NCBI GenBank assembly: GCA_963665775.2
Contig: CAXXTF010000002.1
Coordinates: forward strand, 64,001-128,000
Direction of reading: 5' to 3'
DNA: 64,000 bases
From: Dehalococcoidia bacterium
GTDB taxonomy: Bacteria > Chloroflexota > Dehalococcoidia > SM23-28-2 > RBG-16-64-32
The notes below the pieces were generated by a model. It was not told where the DNA came from. It searched no databases and saw only the letters and a list, made by a program, of their open reading frames with translations. Of this stretch, positions 40,031 through 50,984 are shown in pieces. How positions within the stretch are numbered: position 1 is the first letter of the stretch; every line of letters starts with the position of its first letter. The position numbers were made by a program, and so were the translations under genes.

Positions 40031-41253
40031 ATGGCTGCTAACTTCTCTCATCAGACCATCTGGACAGGTGACAACCTGGACATCCTCCGAGGGATGAACA
40101 GCGAGTGCGTGGACCTCATATACCTGGACCCGCCTTTTAACTCCAACAAGACCTATGAGGCCCCCATTGGCTCGGAAGCTGCCGGTGCTGCTTTCAAGGA
40201 CACGTGGACGCTGTCTGACGTGGATGAAGCATGGCATGGGGAGATAGCGGACAGGGAACCGGTGCTCTATGCCATCATAGATGCTGCCGGGCAGTCTCAC
40301 GGCAAAGGTATGAAGTCGTACCTGATTATGATGGCGGTTCGGCTACTGGAGATGCGGCGTGTCTTGAAGGACACGGGGAGCATCTACCTCCACTGCGACC
40401 CTACGGCCAGCCACTACCTGAAAATGCTGATGGACTCCATTTGGGAACCACGCAACTTTCTTAATGAGGTCATCTGGTACTATCGAGGGGCGGGAGTGCC
40501 CAAGAGTGCTCGTGCCCGACGGCATGACACCATCCTATGGTACGCAAGGCAAGCCGGTAGTCACTGCTTCAACGCGGATCCTATACGTCAACCGTATGCA
40601 GAGACTACCATTGAACGATTCAGTCACTATATAGGGAACATTAGAGGTGGCACGGATTTTGGCCAACAAGCATTGAATCCCATTGGGAAGCATCCAGACG
40701 ATGTCATAACCCATATTCAGCCAATCGCCCCATCAGCCAAGGCAAGGATAGGCTACCCAACTCAGAAGCCAGTAGAGTTGCTTGAAAGCATCTTCTTATC
40801 TTCAAGTAATCCTGGCGATCTTGTCCTAGACCCCTTCTGTGGCTGTGCTACCGCTTGCATTGCTGCGGAGAAGCTGGGTAGGAAGTGGGTCGGCATTGAC
40901 ATATCCCCAAAGCAGCAGACCTAGTTAAACTGCGACTGCATAACGAGATCGGGCTATTCTGGCAAGGGGCGCACCGGACGGATATACCGATGCGAACGGA
41001 CCTGGGAGTTCTCCTCAACTACCGGACACACAAACATACCCTGTTTGGAAGGCAGGAGGGGCTCTGTGCTGGCTGCCAAGTGATGTTCCCGTTCAGGAAT
41101 ATGACCGTTGATCATATAGTCCCGCAGTCAAAAGGCGGGACAGATCACCGAGACAATCTACAACTGCTGTGCAATGCCTGTAACTCGATGAAGGGTGCAG
41201 GGACACAGGAAATTTTCATAGCCAAGTTAACGTCCACGGGCATCAGAAGTTAG
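40031..41253 (+). CDS. beta-class N6A/N4C DNA methyltransferase with an HNH endonuclease domain in the -1 frame
   Basis: DPPF, YPTQKP and DPFCGCAT in frame 2 (ends 40924). After the shift near 40910 the -1 frame reads AADLVKLRL...CAGC...VDHIVP...NLQLLCNACNSMK. Confidence 0.88.
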
Positions 41254-42244
41254 AGTATGTCAAGACCTTAAACTAGGAAATTCCGTTTGAAGATGACGTT
41301 AATCGATTGCTCAATGAGCGCTCAGGTCTTACAGGGTATGTGGCTGCCCGAAACAATGCGCACGCGATTGGCAAGACCCTTTGGATCCGCTCCCAGCAAG
41401 GAGACCTTAGCTTTGCAGTGATTATCGATGCGAAACAGATAGGCTCGTGGGGGCTCAAGAATCCGCGGTGCCTGACAACCGTACTCCACGAGCTGATTCA
41501 CGTACTCTACGAAGAGCGCCACTTTAAGAGGCTGGGAGAGGAAGAGTACACCGCCGATGCCGACACAAGGGAGCGATGGCTGGACGGCTGGGCCAGCTCG
41601 CTTCTTGATGAGTTCGACGTGGACCGCCTTGTCAACGCTCTAGTTGGCGGACTAGCTACAAAGGATGACGGGCAGCCTTGGTCTCTGCGAGAACTGGATG
41701 AGGATCAGGGGATAGATTGGGTTCAGGGGCTGCTTGATAGTCTTGCCCAGACGCCACGTTTGATAGAAGAACAGGTATGGCAGTTTCAGACTAGGCAAAT
41801 GGGGATCGACGACCTCGCCACGGTGGTGATTCCCGACATCAACGACCTTCTCAAGTTGCTGAGCCGTACCGCTTCGAGGTACGTGGGAACCGAGCTTTGG
41901 CCAGACATTGTAGAGCGAATCAAGGAGACGGACGCCTCTCAACGTTTCTTCAAGGAGCACCTCGATACCATCCTTGGTCAACTTGATGATGCTCAGTTGC
42001 CGTTTGAGGAGTCCGTTCAGATTGTTGCGCATGCAGTAGAAGGGATATTCCACAACAGCGGCCTCAGCTTTCAGACAGTTCCCGAAGGCGTTTACATCTC
42101 CGTTGACACGCCGTCGCGTTAGCTGGAAGTCCCTGGGGGTTGAAGCGCGGTCAAGGATGGTGAAGGCTTGTCCGATGCCCAGACTGTCCATCCTGGGGCC
42201 GGGACATTGGGCAGCCAGTGTAATAGCGACCATCGCAGGGAGGT

Positions 42245-42694
42245 ATGGGACATGCATCGGGTGATGGCGCTGCTTCTGACCACCCTGACATGTCATGGCT
42301 GGCGGGTAGCAGACCCCAGGGAGCCTCACAGAGCCCCCAACCACATCTCGAAGACAGTACCACCTACTATCCACTTTGGCCCGCCGAAACGGACCGGGAG
42401 GCGCTGGCTGCCCTCTACAACGCAACCGACGGTGAGAACTGGGAGTACAGTGTTAACTGGCTGAGCGACGCGCCCCTCGGCCAATGGTTCAGCGTCATCA
42501 CAAACGACGACGGGCGCGTTACAGGGCTGGAACTCTGGGACAACGACTTGAGCGGGGAGATACCGGCGGAGCTGGGCAGCCTCTCCAACCAGATAGCTCT
42601 GAACCTCTACGACAACGAGTTGAGCGGGTGCGTGCCAAGCAGCCTGGAAGACCAGTTGACCCCCGATGGCCTTGGCGACCTGCCCTTCTGCTGA
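42245..42694 (+). CDS. short leucine-rich-repeat protein (probably a fragment)
   Basis: DREALAALYNATDGENW, GRVTGLELWDNDLSGEIPAELGSL. Confidence 0.7.
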   Translation: MGHASGDGAASDHPDMSWLAGSRPQGASQSPQPHLEDSTTYYPLWPAETDREALAALYNATDGENWEYSVNWLSDAPLGQWFSVITNDDGRVTGLELWDNDLSGEIPAELGSLSNQIALNLYDNELSGCVPSSLEDQLTPDGLGDLPFC

Positions 42695-42754
42695 AGCCAC
42701 GCGCCCTCAGCCGAGGACGGACGGCATATCGTCCATATCGTCTGGGCGGCTGAC

Positions 42755-44280
42755 TGTTGGCAACCAGCAAAATTGGGACACATTGAGACCCGAGAGATCA
42801 GGGGTCGGATAGAGGTCTCGTAAGCTCCCTGATGGCCCTATTGTGCTGTCTTCGCCGTTCGATTGTTTGGGCCTGCACCTCCTTTCTTCTTAGTAGGATC
42901 TCCTGCCGCCTTCCCTTGAGGACATCCGAGGGCGTCACGTTGCCGAGGGCCTTGTGATAGCGTCGGTAGTTGTAGTAGCTGACGAAGGCCACGATGGCCG
43001 CCTCCAAGTCTGAAGGCATCTCATACGGCAGTTGGTTCACATCACGCTTGAGGGTCTGGTGGTAGCGCTCCAGCTTGCCGTTGGTCTGAGGATGGAAGGG
43101 CGTTGCCAGGATGTGCTTGATGCCCACCATACCCAGGTAGTCTCTGAAGGCTCTGGATACATAGCCGGGGCCGTTGTCGCTCAGCAGCCTGGTCCGGTCT
43201 GTTATCGGGATCTGGTCCATGCCGGTCCTGTCCACGGCCTCTTGGACCACCTCTATGAAGGAGTCGGATGTCATATCCCTCTGAAGCCTGTGGCCCAGGC
43301 CTGTCCTGAGCTTGTCGAAGGGATGAATCGTGAGTAGTCGTCCATGACGGTGACCATGTAGTAGTAGCCCCAGCCCACCACCCTGAAGTAGGAGGCATCG
43401 GTGGCCCACATCTGGTGGAGACCGGTGGTCTTCCGATGGTACTCCTTACCCGCAGCCAGCTGCATCTCAGCCCTCTTCACCAGCCCCTCCCTGGGCAGGA
43501 TGCGGTAGACAGTAGACTCTGATACGGAGAAGCCCTGGTTGTCGGTGGTCCATGCGGCCAACTGCCGGCAACTCAACTCCGGCATCTCCCTGGCTGCCGA
43601 CAGAACGTAGTTGATCTCCTGGGAAGTCAGCTTGTTCCATGGGGGATTGCCACCTCCCACGTCGTCCTCAAGTCCTTGCTGCTCCTTCCGCCTCAGCCAC
43701 CGGTAGTAGGTGATCCTGGGGACTCCTAGCCCACCCAGGATCCTGCGTTTGGGGAGACCGGAGGAAGCCACCTTGTCCAGCACCTCCGCCTTCTCTGCGC
43801 CACTCATCCGTTGATACTGTCGGCGCCCTGAGGCATTGGTATGGACGTTTTTTTGAGACGATAGACCTCAAGGGACAGATCGGCGACCAACTGCTTTAGC
43901 TCTCCGTTCTCCCGCTTGAGCTGATGGACCTCCTCCCTGGTGGCATCTCGCACGCTGTCGGGGGTGAGCCTCTCCTTGCCCGCTTCCATGAACTCCTTGG
44001 TCCACGAGTAGTAAGAGTGACGCTTGATGCCCTCCCGCCTGCACGATACGAATCTTCTCTTCCGGGGTGTACTTGCGCCTAGTAGCAGCCTTAACCGTTC
44101 CGATGAATGACCTGGCCGCCTCTGTGCGTTCATCAGCGGCCGCTGTTTTACCTGTTTCTGTCTGGGACATCTTTGGCTCCTCTATCTGAAGTGCTCTACC
44201 TCATCACGGAGCTGACCCCACCTCAAATCTCTCGGGTTTTTCTACCCCCTCATCTGTCCCATTATCGCTGACGGTCTACA
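42755..44280 (-). mobile_element. degenerate IS3/IS481-like element with multiple frameshifts
   Basis: TGT...ACA ends with imperfect IRs (...TGGGACA). Fragments RRKYTPEEKIRIV, WATDASY, SDNG, HPQTNGKLER. Confidence 0.85.
43299..43321. repeat. 23-bp REP-like insertion (CCTTCGACAAGCTCAGGACAGGC on the minus strand) frameshifting the transposase
   Basis: Removal restores DDYSRFILGHRLQ. Confidence 0.75.
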
Positions 44281-44299
44281 GTGAAGGAGAAACGATAGC

Positions 44300-44311
44300 G
44301 AACAGCTGTTC
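44300..44311. promoter_or_regulatory. GAAC-N4-GTTC LexA (SOS) box candidate
   Basis: cGAACagctGTTCt in intergenic DNA; matches the Gram-positive/Chloroflexota LexA motif. Confidence 0.4.
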
Positions 44312-44521
44312 TTTTTGTCAATGGCCTGAGGACAGACCAATATGCCGGGCGAATTCGGCGAATTCCATGCCGCTCAGCGTGCGGCCATACTTCCAATCCT
44401 CCATGTATTGACTGAGAGCGGGTTTCAAATTACTTGTATGCGTGCCAGGGGGGGAGTAAAATCATTTTATAGGGTCCAAGACGCAATATTTTCATTTCCC
44501 GGTACTCGGAGGATAAACAAA

Positions 44522-45238
44522 ATGTTTGGTCGGAACAGAGAAAAGAAGCGGTTCTCCTGGCGATGCGCCGTGCTGCTGGTGGCGGGGAGCCTGCTTTTGG
44601 CGGCCTGCGGCGGCGACGACACCGTGATGTCTCTGAGCGATATCGACGAGACCACCACCGGGGCCGAACTTATAGCGTCGCTTTCCGAAGGTGAAGCCGA
44701 CTGCCTGCGTGCTGCGATAGGGGACGCGAGCTACGAGGCTATGCAGGACCTGACCCTGTCCGAGAGTGCTATGGGATTCGATACGTTCCCGCTGCAATGC
44801 CTGGAGCCGGACAACGCCATCGACCTGAGCGTAGCCATGATGTCGCTCCAGGCGGGCGGGCTGTCCGATGATAGCCAGGCCTGCATCAAGGACGTTTTCG
44901 CAGACTTCGGGGTGCCGGGCGAGGGGATGAGCATGACAGACTCCATGCGCTCCTTTATAACCATGCAGCTCTGCCTGACCGACGAAGAAGCGCAAGCCAT
45001 GTCGGGACCTGTTCCGGAAGAAGACGCATTTCCTTTGCCCTCCCAACTACGCTGCGTATCCGAGCAGACAGACCTGGAGAACCTGTTCATCGTCTACCAG
45101 GCCTTTGCCGACCTGGAGTCGAGCACGGAGCCGCCCACACCATCGCCGGAAATGACGAAGGCGGTGGCCGAGATAATGGCGGCCCAGGAGACCTGCGGCA
45201 TTCCCACCATCATCCAGGGGGAGGGGTCAGCGCCCTAG
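44522..45238 (+). CDS. Cys-rich acidic lipoprotein
   Basis: Lipobox LAAC and repeated 'E/Q.A.C(L/I)' helical units; probable ATG at 44522. Confidence 0.7.
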   Translation: MFGRNREKKRFSWRCAVLLVAGSLLLAACGGDDTVMSLSDIDETTTGAELIASLSEGEADCLRAAIGDASYEAMQDLTLSESAMGFDTFPLQCLEPDNAIDLSVAMMSLQAGGLSDDSQACIKDVFADFGVPGEGMSMTDSMRSFITMQLCLTDEEAQAMSGPVPEEDAFPLPSQLRCVSEQTDLENLFIVYQAFADLESSTEPPTPSPEMTKAVAEIMAAQETCGIPTIIQGEGSAP

Positions 45239-45492
45239 GCGGCGGCTCGGGTTACTGCCTGAGCTGAGATATCCGGGGTGTGGGAACCGACGTTGGAGTC
45301 GGATCATCGGCGTGGACAGATGCGTGAGTCTTGGAGGCATCCGAGGATTGAGTATCCATCGTCGGAGCATTCGTTTCCGTGTCATTTGGTGCGCCCTGGG
45401 GTGATGAAACGTTTGCGGCTGTGTTAGCTACGTTGGGCGCTGGTCTCGACATGTCCTATGGTGGGCTCCGCTATGTGGCAGACCCTGGAAGC

Positions 45493-46378
45493 TCACAGGG
45501 CAACCTCCCACCGAAAAGTTTGTAGTACAGTCCCCGTTGGCCCACCATCGTGCATACTAGATAGAACGGAACCATGTAGGGTCACCTTTACGGCCGCCCC
45601 TCCCGGTATCAAGGTGTCATCTGGCACAGGTGCAGTGTATCTGAGCAGGGCGTCACCGGGCACGACGACGATCTCCTTGATAAAGGACTGGATGAAGGCC
45701 CTGCGCTCGGTCAGTTCGCTCTCCTTCAGGAAGTCCTTCATGTCCTTGGCGTAGGCCGCGATGGTGTTCACGTCGTCGAGGACCTTCCGGCGCTGGGCCA
45801 GGACCGCCCTCGCCTGCTCAGCGAAATACTCCAGACGCTCCTGCCGCTCTCGGTGCTCCCTGATGCGGTCTGAGGCGTCGGTCATAACGGCGTCGGACGT
45901 CTCTATGAAGTGCCAGATGCGGCCCAGCTTCCGCTTCACTTCCTCAAGCTCATCCTCGATGGTCTCCAGCCTCTTGCGCTGCTCTCGGGTCACGCCGTCC
46001 ATCTCCTCGGCCACCACCTTGACCAGATCTCGGATGTTGCCCTCAGTGAGGATGTTGGAGCGAATCCTGGCGACCACCAGCTCCTCGAAGCGGCGGGCGT
46101 TGAGCGTGGGAGTCTTGCAGGCGTCCCTGCCGAGCTTGATGGTCGACTGGCAGACGTAGTAGGAGTACTTGCCGCTCTGGGCGAACCGGCCGATGAGCGG
46201 CGTGTTGCACGTCTTGCACTTGGCGAGGCCGCTGAGCAGGTAGGAGCTTCCGACTCTTCGGGGGTGGCTGAACTTGGGTGCGCGGGAGCTCAGATGCTTC
46301 CCGACACGCTGCAACTGCGCCCTGGTGATGATGGCGGGAAACGCCTTCTCCACCCGCACAGGGTCGGCGTTGTCCTTG
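45493..46378 (-). pseudogene. C-terminal half of a large serine recombinase truncated by IS3
   Basis: DPVRVEKAFPAII, YLLSGLAKCKTC, YYVC; paralogous to 52611-54190. Confidence 0.88.
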
Positions 46379-47651
46379 TGACCTTGCCCCCGAAAACGAG
46401 TCCAGGCCCAATGTTAGTAATCAGGGGTTCTGGACCAGAGAAAGGGGGCAGAAGGATTGGGCAGGCAGCATCACACGGCAGAGGAGATCATCAACAAGTT
46501 GAGGGAGGCGGAGGTCGGGCTGGCTAAGGGCCTGGCTGTGCCCGAGGTCTGCAGGAAGCTGGGCGTGGCAGAGCAGACCTACTACCGCTGGCGGAAGGAG
46601 TAGGGCGGCCTGAGGAGGGAGCAGGCCAAGCGGCTGCGGGAGCTGGAGCAGGAGAACCTGCGGCTGAAGAAGCTGGTAGCCGGTCTCTCCCTGGACAACG
46701 CCATCCTGAAGGAGGCGGCGCAGGGAAACTTCTGAGCCCGGCCAAGAGACGACAGGCGGTGGCCTGGGTGCGGAATGCGTTGGGCCACGCGGTCATCTCG
46801 GAGCGCCGGGCCTGCCAGGCCCTGGGGCAGGAGCGATCGACGCAGCGGCGGTGGGGTTCTCCTCCCGACGATGAAGGGAGGCTGCTGAGGCGGATGGTGG
46901 AGCTAGCGACCGAGTACGGGCGCTACGGTTACCGACGGGTGACCGCCCTGCTGCGAGAGGAGGGTTTTCGGGTGAACCACAAGCGGGTAGAGCGGCTCTG
47001 GCGGCGGGAAGGGCTGAAGGTGCCGGCGAAGCAGCCGAAGCGGAGGCGGCTCTGGTTGACAGACGGCTCCTGCGTTAGGCTCAGGCCGACTGAGCCCAAC
47101 CACGTCTGGAGCTACGACTTCGTGTTTACCCGCACCAGCGACGGCCGTCCCCTGCGGCTCTTGACGGTGCTGGACGAGTTCACAAGGGAGTGCCTGGCTA
47201 TCCAGGTGGCGAGGCAGATCACCAGTGATGACGTGCTGGCAGAGCTGGCCCAGCTCTTGGTCGAGCGCGGGACGCCTCGCTACCTGCGCTCGGACAACGG
47301 GCCAGAGTTCACGGCACGTGCGCTCCGGACCTGGCTAGAGCGGGTAGGCGTGCAGACTCTGTATATCGAGCCCGGGAGCCCCTGGGAGAACGGCTACATC
47401 GAGTCGTTCAATGGGAAGCTACGTGATGAACTATTGAATGGGGAGGTGTTCGACACGGTGCTGGAAGCACAGGTCCTCTGCGAGCGGTGGCGACGGAACT
47501 ACAACGAGGTGCGCCCGCATAGCGCTCTCGGCTACCGGCCGCCAGCACCGCAAGCGATCGTGCCATGGCCGGGCTCCACCGCGCCATCCCTGGAGACTAC
47601 GGCGATGGCCACACTAACATAGCCTGTGGTAGCGTTTAGGGGGGCAGGTCA
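46379..47651 (+). mobile_element. IS3-family element, copy 1 (orfA with internal TAG at 46601)
   Basis: TGACC...GGTCA ends, orfA/orfB with GGGAAAC slippery site (46723-46729), and the DDE orfB (WSYDF, SDNGPEF, ENGYIESFN). Confidence 0.95.
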
Positions 47652-47704
47652 CCTACGGTGCACTTGGTTGTCCGAAAGCCGAAAGATCCTGTACTATCAC
47701 GTGC

Positions 47705-49300
47705 GTGATCGGTCAATTGAAGTATGTCGCTGCGGTGGCCGCTCTTCTTCTTACCCTGTCAGCATGTGGGGGGGGCGGTGGAGGGCAACAAGTCCTCACT
47801 TGGGAGCAACTAGAGAATGCCGCTTATCCAGTTGAGTTCGCGGAACCCGATGGAATAGCACACCTAGAAGATGGCGAGTTTCGCCAGCAGGCGGCTCCTG
47901 GCTCTGCTACACAGACCGTTGTTCGCTTGGCCGAAATACGCAGCTTCGGCCGGATCGATAACGGCAGCTCGATCGATGCAGCGCCCATCCTTATCGTGGA
48001 CCCCGGCGGCTCCGGGACGTTCATTTTTCTTGTGGCAGCGCTCAACATCGATGGGCAGCCAGAGATGGCAGCGACCATACTACTAGGCGATAGAGTGGCA
48101 GTTCGCTCGCTCAAGATCGTGGACAGCCAGATCGTCGTTGGCATGCGCGTAAGGGGGCCTGATGACCCGTTCGCGTACCTGACGACTGAAGTTACTCGTA
48201 CCTATGCCCTTGAAGGAAGCGATCTAGTTCTGCTAAGCGAAGAGACTTCCATCGTTCCGCCACCAAGTCCCAGCGATTACGGGTTCGAGCCCGAGCGCAT
48301 CGAGGTCGATGAGGGAGAAAAGGAAACCGTCATGGGGCGTTTAGCCCCAGGGGAACTTGGTGATCACGTTCTTGGAGGAGAGGCAAGACAAGAACTCCAA
48401 GTCGCATTGAGGAGCCAGTTCTCAAATGCCATTCTGTCGGTTTATGGGCTTACTGACGGACAAGTCCTGGTCAGTGTGACGGAGTTCAAAGTTCAATTCA
48501 CCGGCATCTTGCCCAGTAATCAGGACTATGCGATTAGAGTAGTCACGCTGGCTGGAGATGAACTGGACTATCGCCTTGATATCCAGCTTCAGGGGCGTCC
48601 ATCTACCTCTCCTCCTCCAAGCTCTTCGAAAAGCCCCACTCCGGACACCCTGACGGCAACTCCCGAAGCGGCCGCGCCGGTGACCCCAACCCAGGCAAGT
48701 CCAGTTAGTGGTGTTCAGCCACCGTCCGGGGGTGGCTTGTTCGTCTATCTCACTTTCGACGACGGGCCCAGCGCTCCCTTCACGGGTCAAGTGCTCGACC
48801 TTCTTGCCCGTTTCAATGCGAAAGGCACGTTCTTCGCGCTGGGAACCAACGCGCAAACAATGCCGGAGCTTACTCGGAGGGCTGCGTTGGAAGGCCACTC
48901 CTTCGGCAACCACACCATGTCGCACGGTTCTCTCCAGGGAATCGACCACGACGCCTTTTTCAACGAGGTGACAGCAGCTCAGTCAGTTATCGACGAGTTG
49001 GTGGGTGCTGCCTCGACCCGGTGCCTGCGACCTCCCTACGGAGCGACTGACTCCTTTACCCGCGCATATGCTGCGGAACTCGGCTATGCCGTAGTGCTTT
49101 GGGACGTCGATCCACGCGACTGGGCACGACCCGGAGTCGACGAAATCGTTTCCTCCATAGTGGAAGGAAGTGGGCCAGGAAGGATAATCCTTATGCACGA
49201 CGGCGGTGGTGATCGGACTCAGACGGTTGCCGCACTCGAACAAGTGTTAGTCCAGCTCTCCGACTTGGGTTATGCATTCAAACCTCTATTGTGTGCCTGA
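47705..49300 (+). CDS. lipoprotein with NodB polysaccharide deacetylase domain
   Basis: Lipobox LSAC; LTFDDGP, GNHTMSH, RPPYG, ILMHDGGG. Confidence 0.92.
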   Translation: MIGQLKYVAAVAALLLTLSACGGGGGGQQVLTWEQLENAAYPVEFAEPDGIAHLEDGEFRQQAAPGSATQTVVRLAEIRSFGRIDNGSSIDAAPILIVDPGGSGTFIFLVAALNIDGQPEMAATILLGDRVAVRSLKIVDSQIVVGMRVRGPDDPFAYLTTEVTRTYALEGSDLVLLSEETSIVPPPSPSDYGFEPERIEVDEGEKETVMGRLAPGELGDHVLGGEARQELQVALRSQFSNAILSVYGLTDGQVLVSVTEFKVQFTGILPSNQDYAIRVVTLAGDELDYRLDIQLQGRPSTSPPPSSSKSPTPDTLTATPEAAAPVTPTQASPVSGVQPPSGGGLFVYLTFDDGPSAPFTGQVLDLLARFNAKGTFFALGTNAQTMPELTRRAALEGHSFGNHTMSHGSLQGIDHDAFFNEVTAAQSVIDELVGAASTRCLRPPYGATDSFTRAYAAELGYAVVLWDVDPRDWARPGVDEIVSSIVEGSGPGRIILMHDGGGDRTQTVAALEQVLVQLSDLGYAFKPLLCA

Positions 49301-49943
49301 GGAACAGGGGCCGCCGATGGCTAGGTAGACCCCAGTTGGATTCTAGGGAGCCTTGTACCTAACCCGGGAGGGCGGCTGGTGAGACGCCCTCAAACCGGCA
49401 GCGCCACAGGTGCCACTGGCCCGCCAGCCGCGGCATCTGCCCAGACCGCGACAGGCTCTACGACTTTAAGGCCACCACGCTAGACGGGATTACGGAGTCT
49501 CAGGAGGCGTAGTGGACGGCGTGACCGCCTACATCTCCTCGCAGACACGGCACGGCGCCTCATCAGTGTCGCGCCTTCTCTCGGAACGGCATTCCGCTTG
49601 CAGCGTTATTGAGACGTGCCGAGGAGCGTTCTCGACCTCGCCCGGATCCTTCCCGGCGCGGAGGAGGCTCTGCGAGCGATTGGCCACGTGACACCATGAC
49701 GAGATCGTGTTGCCAACAGCTTTTTTTCATTACCAAAGGTAATGTTTGGTAAGGGTTTGGTAAGGAAAACGACCTCACGCTTGCGTAATTCGGACAAGGA
49801 GCATCCTCTCCGAGGGTGAGGCCGCGCGGGAGGCCGGTCTATCCCACCGACCCGCAGGTGTCGCCCTCCAAGGTCTGTTCCTTCCTCGGGGACCCCGGCT
49901 ATGGGGCCCCCGTTCAAATCAGTGTGTGTATCTGCGCGTCGTT

Positions 49944-50225
49944 TCATTTGACATAATACCCCCGTTGTTCAGGGGTACGTGGGGCAAGGGGGCCTCTACC
50001 GTCGAGCCATTCTTCGTCAATGGCCCCAGCATCCCCACGAATGGCCTTAGTCCTAAGCCGTGCCTCCTCCTGCTCATCCTCCCCCTTCTTCTTGTCCTTC
50101 AGCTTGAAGACAATCATCTTGGCGAGCCAGCGTTCGTTTGGCCTTGCCCTGCCGTACACCTGTGCTAGCTCTTTAAGCCAGACGCGTAGCTCTTCATCTA
50201 GCTGTACTGTTACTTCAGTGGTCAT
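49944..50225 (-). CDS. small hypothetical protein, RHH-like N-terminus
   Basis: RBS ggagga before MTTEVTVQLDEELRVWLKELA. Confidence 0.5.
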   Translation of the reverse strand: MTTEVTVQLDEELRVWLKELAQVYGRARPNERWLAKMIVFKLKDKKKGEDEQEEARLRTKAIRGDAGAIDEEWLDGRGPLAPRTPEQRGYYVK

Positions 50226-50495
50226 CCTATCCTCCGACAGTTCGAACGGGCTTCTTCTCGTAGTTGATCCACGTCCAGCCCGTGCTCGGCGACCGGCGAC
50301 TTCCATATGTCATTCCGCCGGCACATGGTGCGCGGATCGGGCTTGCCGACCGCGAAGAAGGCGCCCGGAAGCGCCGGCCTCAGCGTGGCATCCGTGGCAA
50401 CGTACGTCTCCTCACCGTCTGACCGTCGCGGACCATGCGCAATAGGAGCTTTCGGACCGTGCCACCCTTCATGGCAGCTCCCCACTGGACAAGCT

Positions 50496-50562
50496 GACTG
50501 TCGATCTTCGGAGTCTGACTCCCTGCGAGACCGTCGATCTTTGCTTAGTAGTTGTAGTTGAT
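50496..50562. repeat. second copy of the element at 29303-29373
   Basis: gactgtcgatcttcggagtctg...gaccgtcgatctttgcttagtagttgtagttgat. Confidence 0.85.
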
Positions 50563-50671
50563 CCTTAGCCTTGCCGTAGCTTCGTTCATGCTCTATCTCG
50601 CACAGGGATACGCCGCCCTCTGGGAGGCACTCTCCAGAAGCACATCCTGCAACCTACACACTCTAGATTCC

Positions 50672-50968
50672 CTACGCCGTAGGCTGCGGCTGGTAGCGCT
50701 CGACCTGTATTCGGTCTTCACCCTTGCGCGCTTGCGCTAGGTCGTAGGAAGTCTGCCGTCGCAGCCAGAAATCCGCGCTGGACCATCCAGCCTTTTCAAG
50801 GCGAATGGCCATGTCGGGCGAGATCGCCGCGTGGCCGTTCAAAACCCGCGAAAGGGTGTGACGGGCAACGCCCAAGACCTCCGCTGCCTCTGTGACACTC
50901 AGGCCAAGAGGATCCAAGCAGTTTTCCCTGATGCTGCCGCCAGGGTGAGGTGGATGTTTCATAGTCAT
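50672..50968 (-). CDS. higA: HigA antitoxin
   Basis: PPHPGG.I...[14 protein letters not shown]...ISPDMAIRL...FWLRRQ..YDL. Confidence 0.92.
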   Translation of the reverse strand: MTMKHPPHPGGSIRENCLDPLGLSVTEAAEVLGVARHTLSRVLNGHAAISPDMAIRLEKAGWSSADFWLRRQTSYDLAQARKGEDRIQVERYQPQPTA

Positions 50969-50984
50969 GGTCTCTTCCCTCTTA

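Larger units (their letters stand above)
38173..41285 (+). mobile_element. IS1595-family passenger-carrying transposon
   Basis: Perfect 27-bp TIRs (cggaatttcctagtttaaggtcttgac, 38173-38199 and 41259-41285) and an 8-bp TSD, TTTGAAGA (38165-38172, 41286-41293). Confidence 0.95.
38000..42122 (+). pseudogene. HExxH zinc-metallopeptidase-like gene split by the IS1595 insertion (38000-38172 + 41294-42122)
   Basis: Removing the IS and one TSD gives in-frame ...RVTDCFEDDVNRLLNERSG...VLHELIH... Confidence 0.85.
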
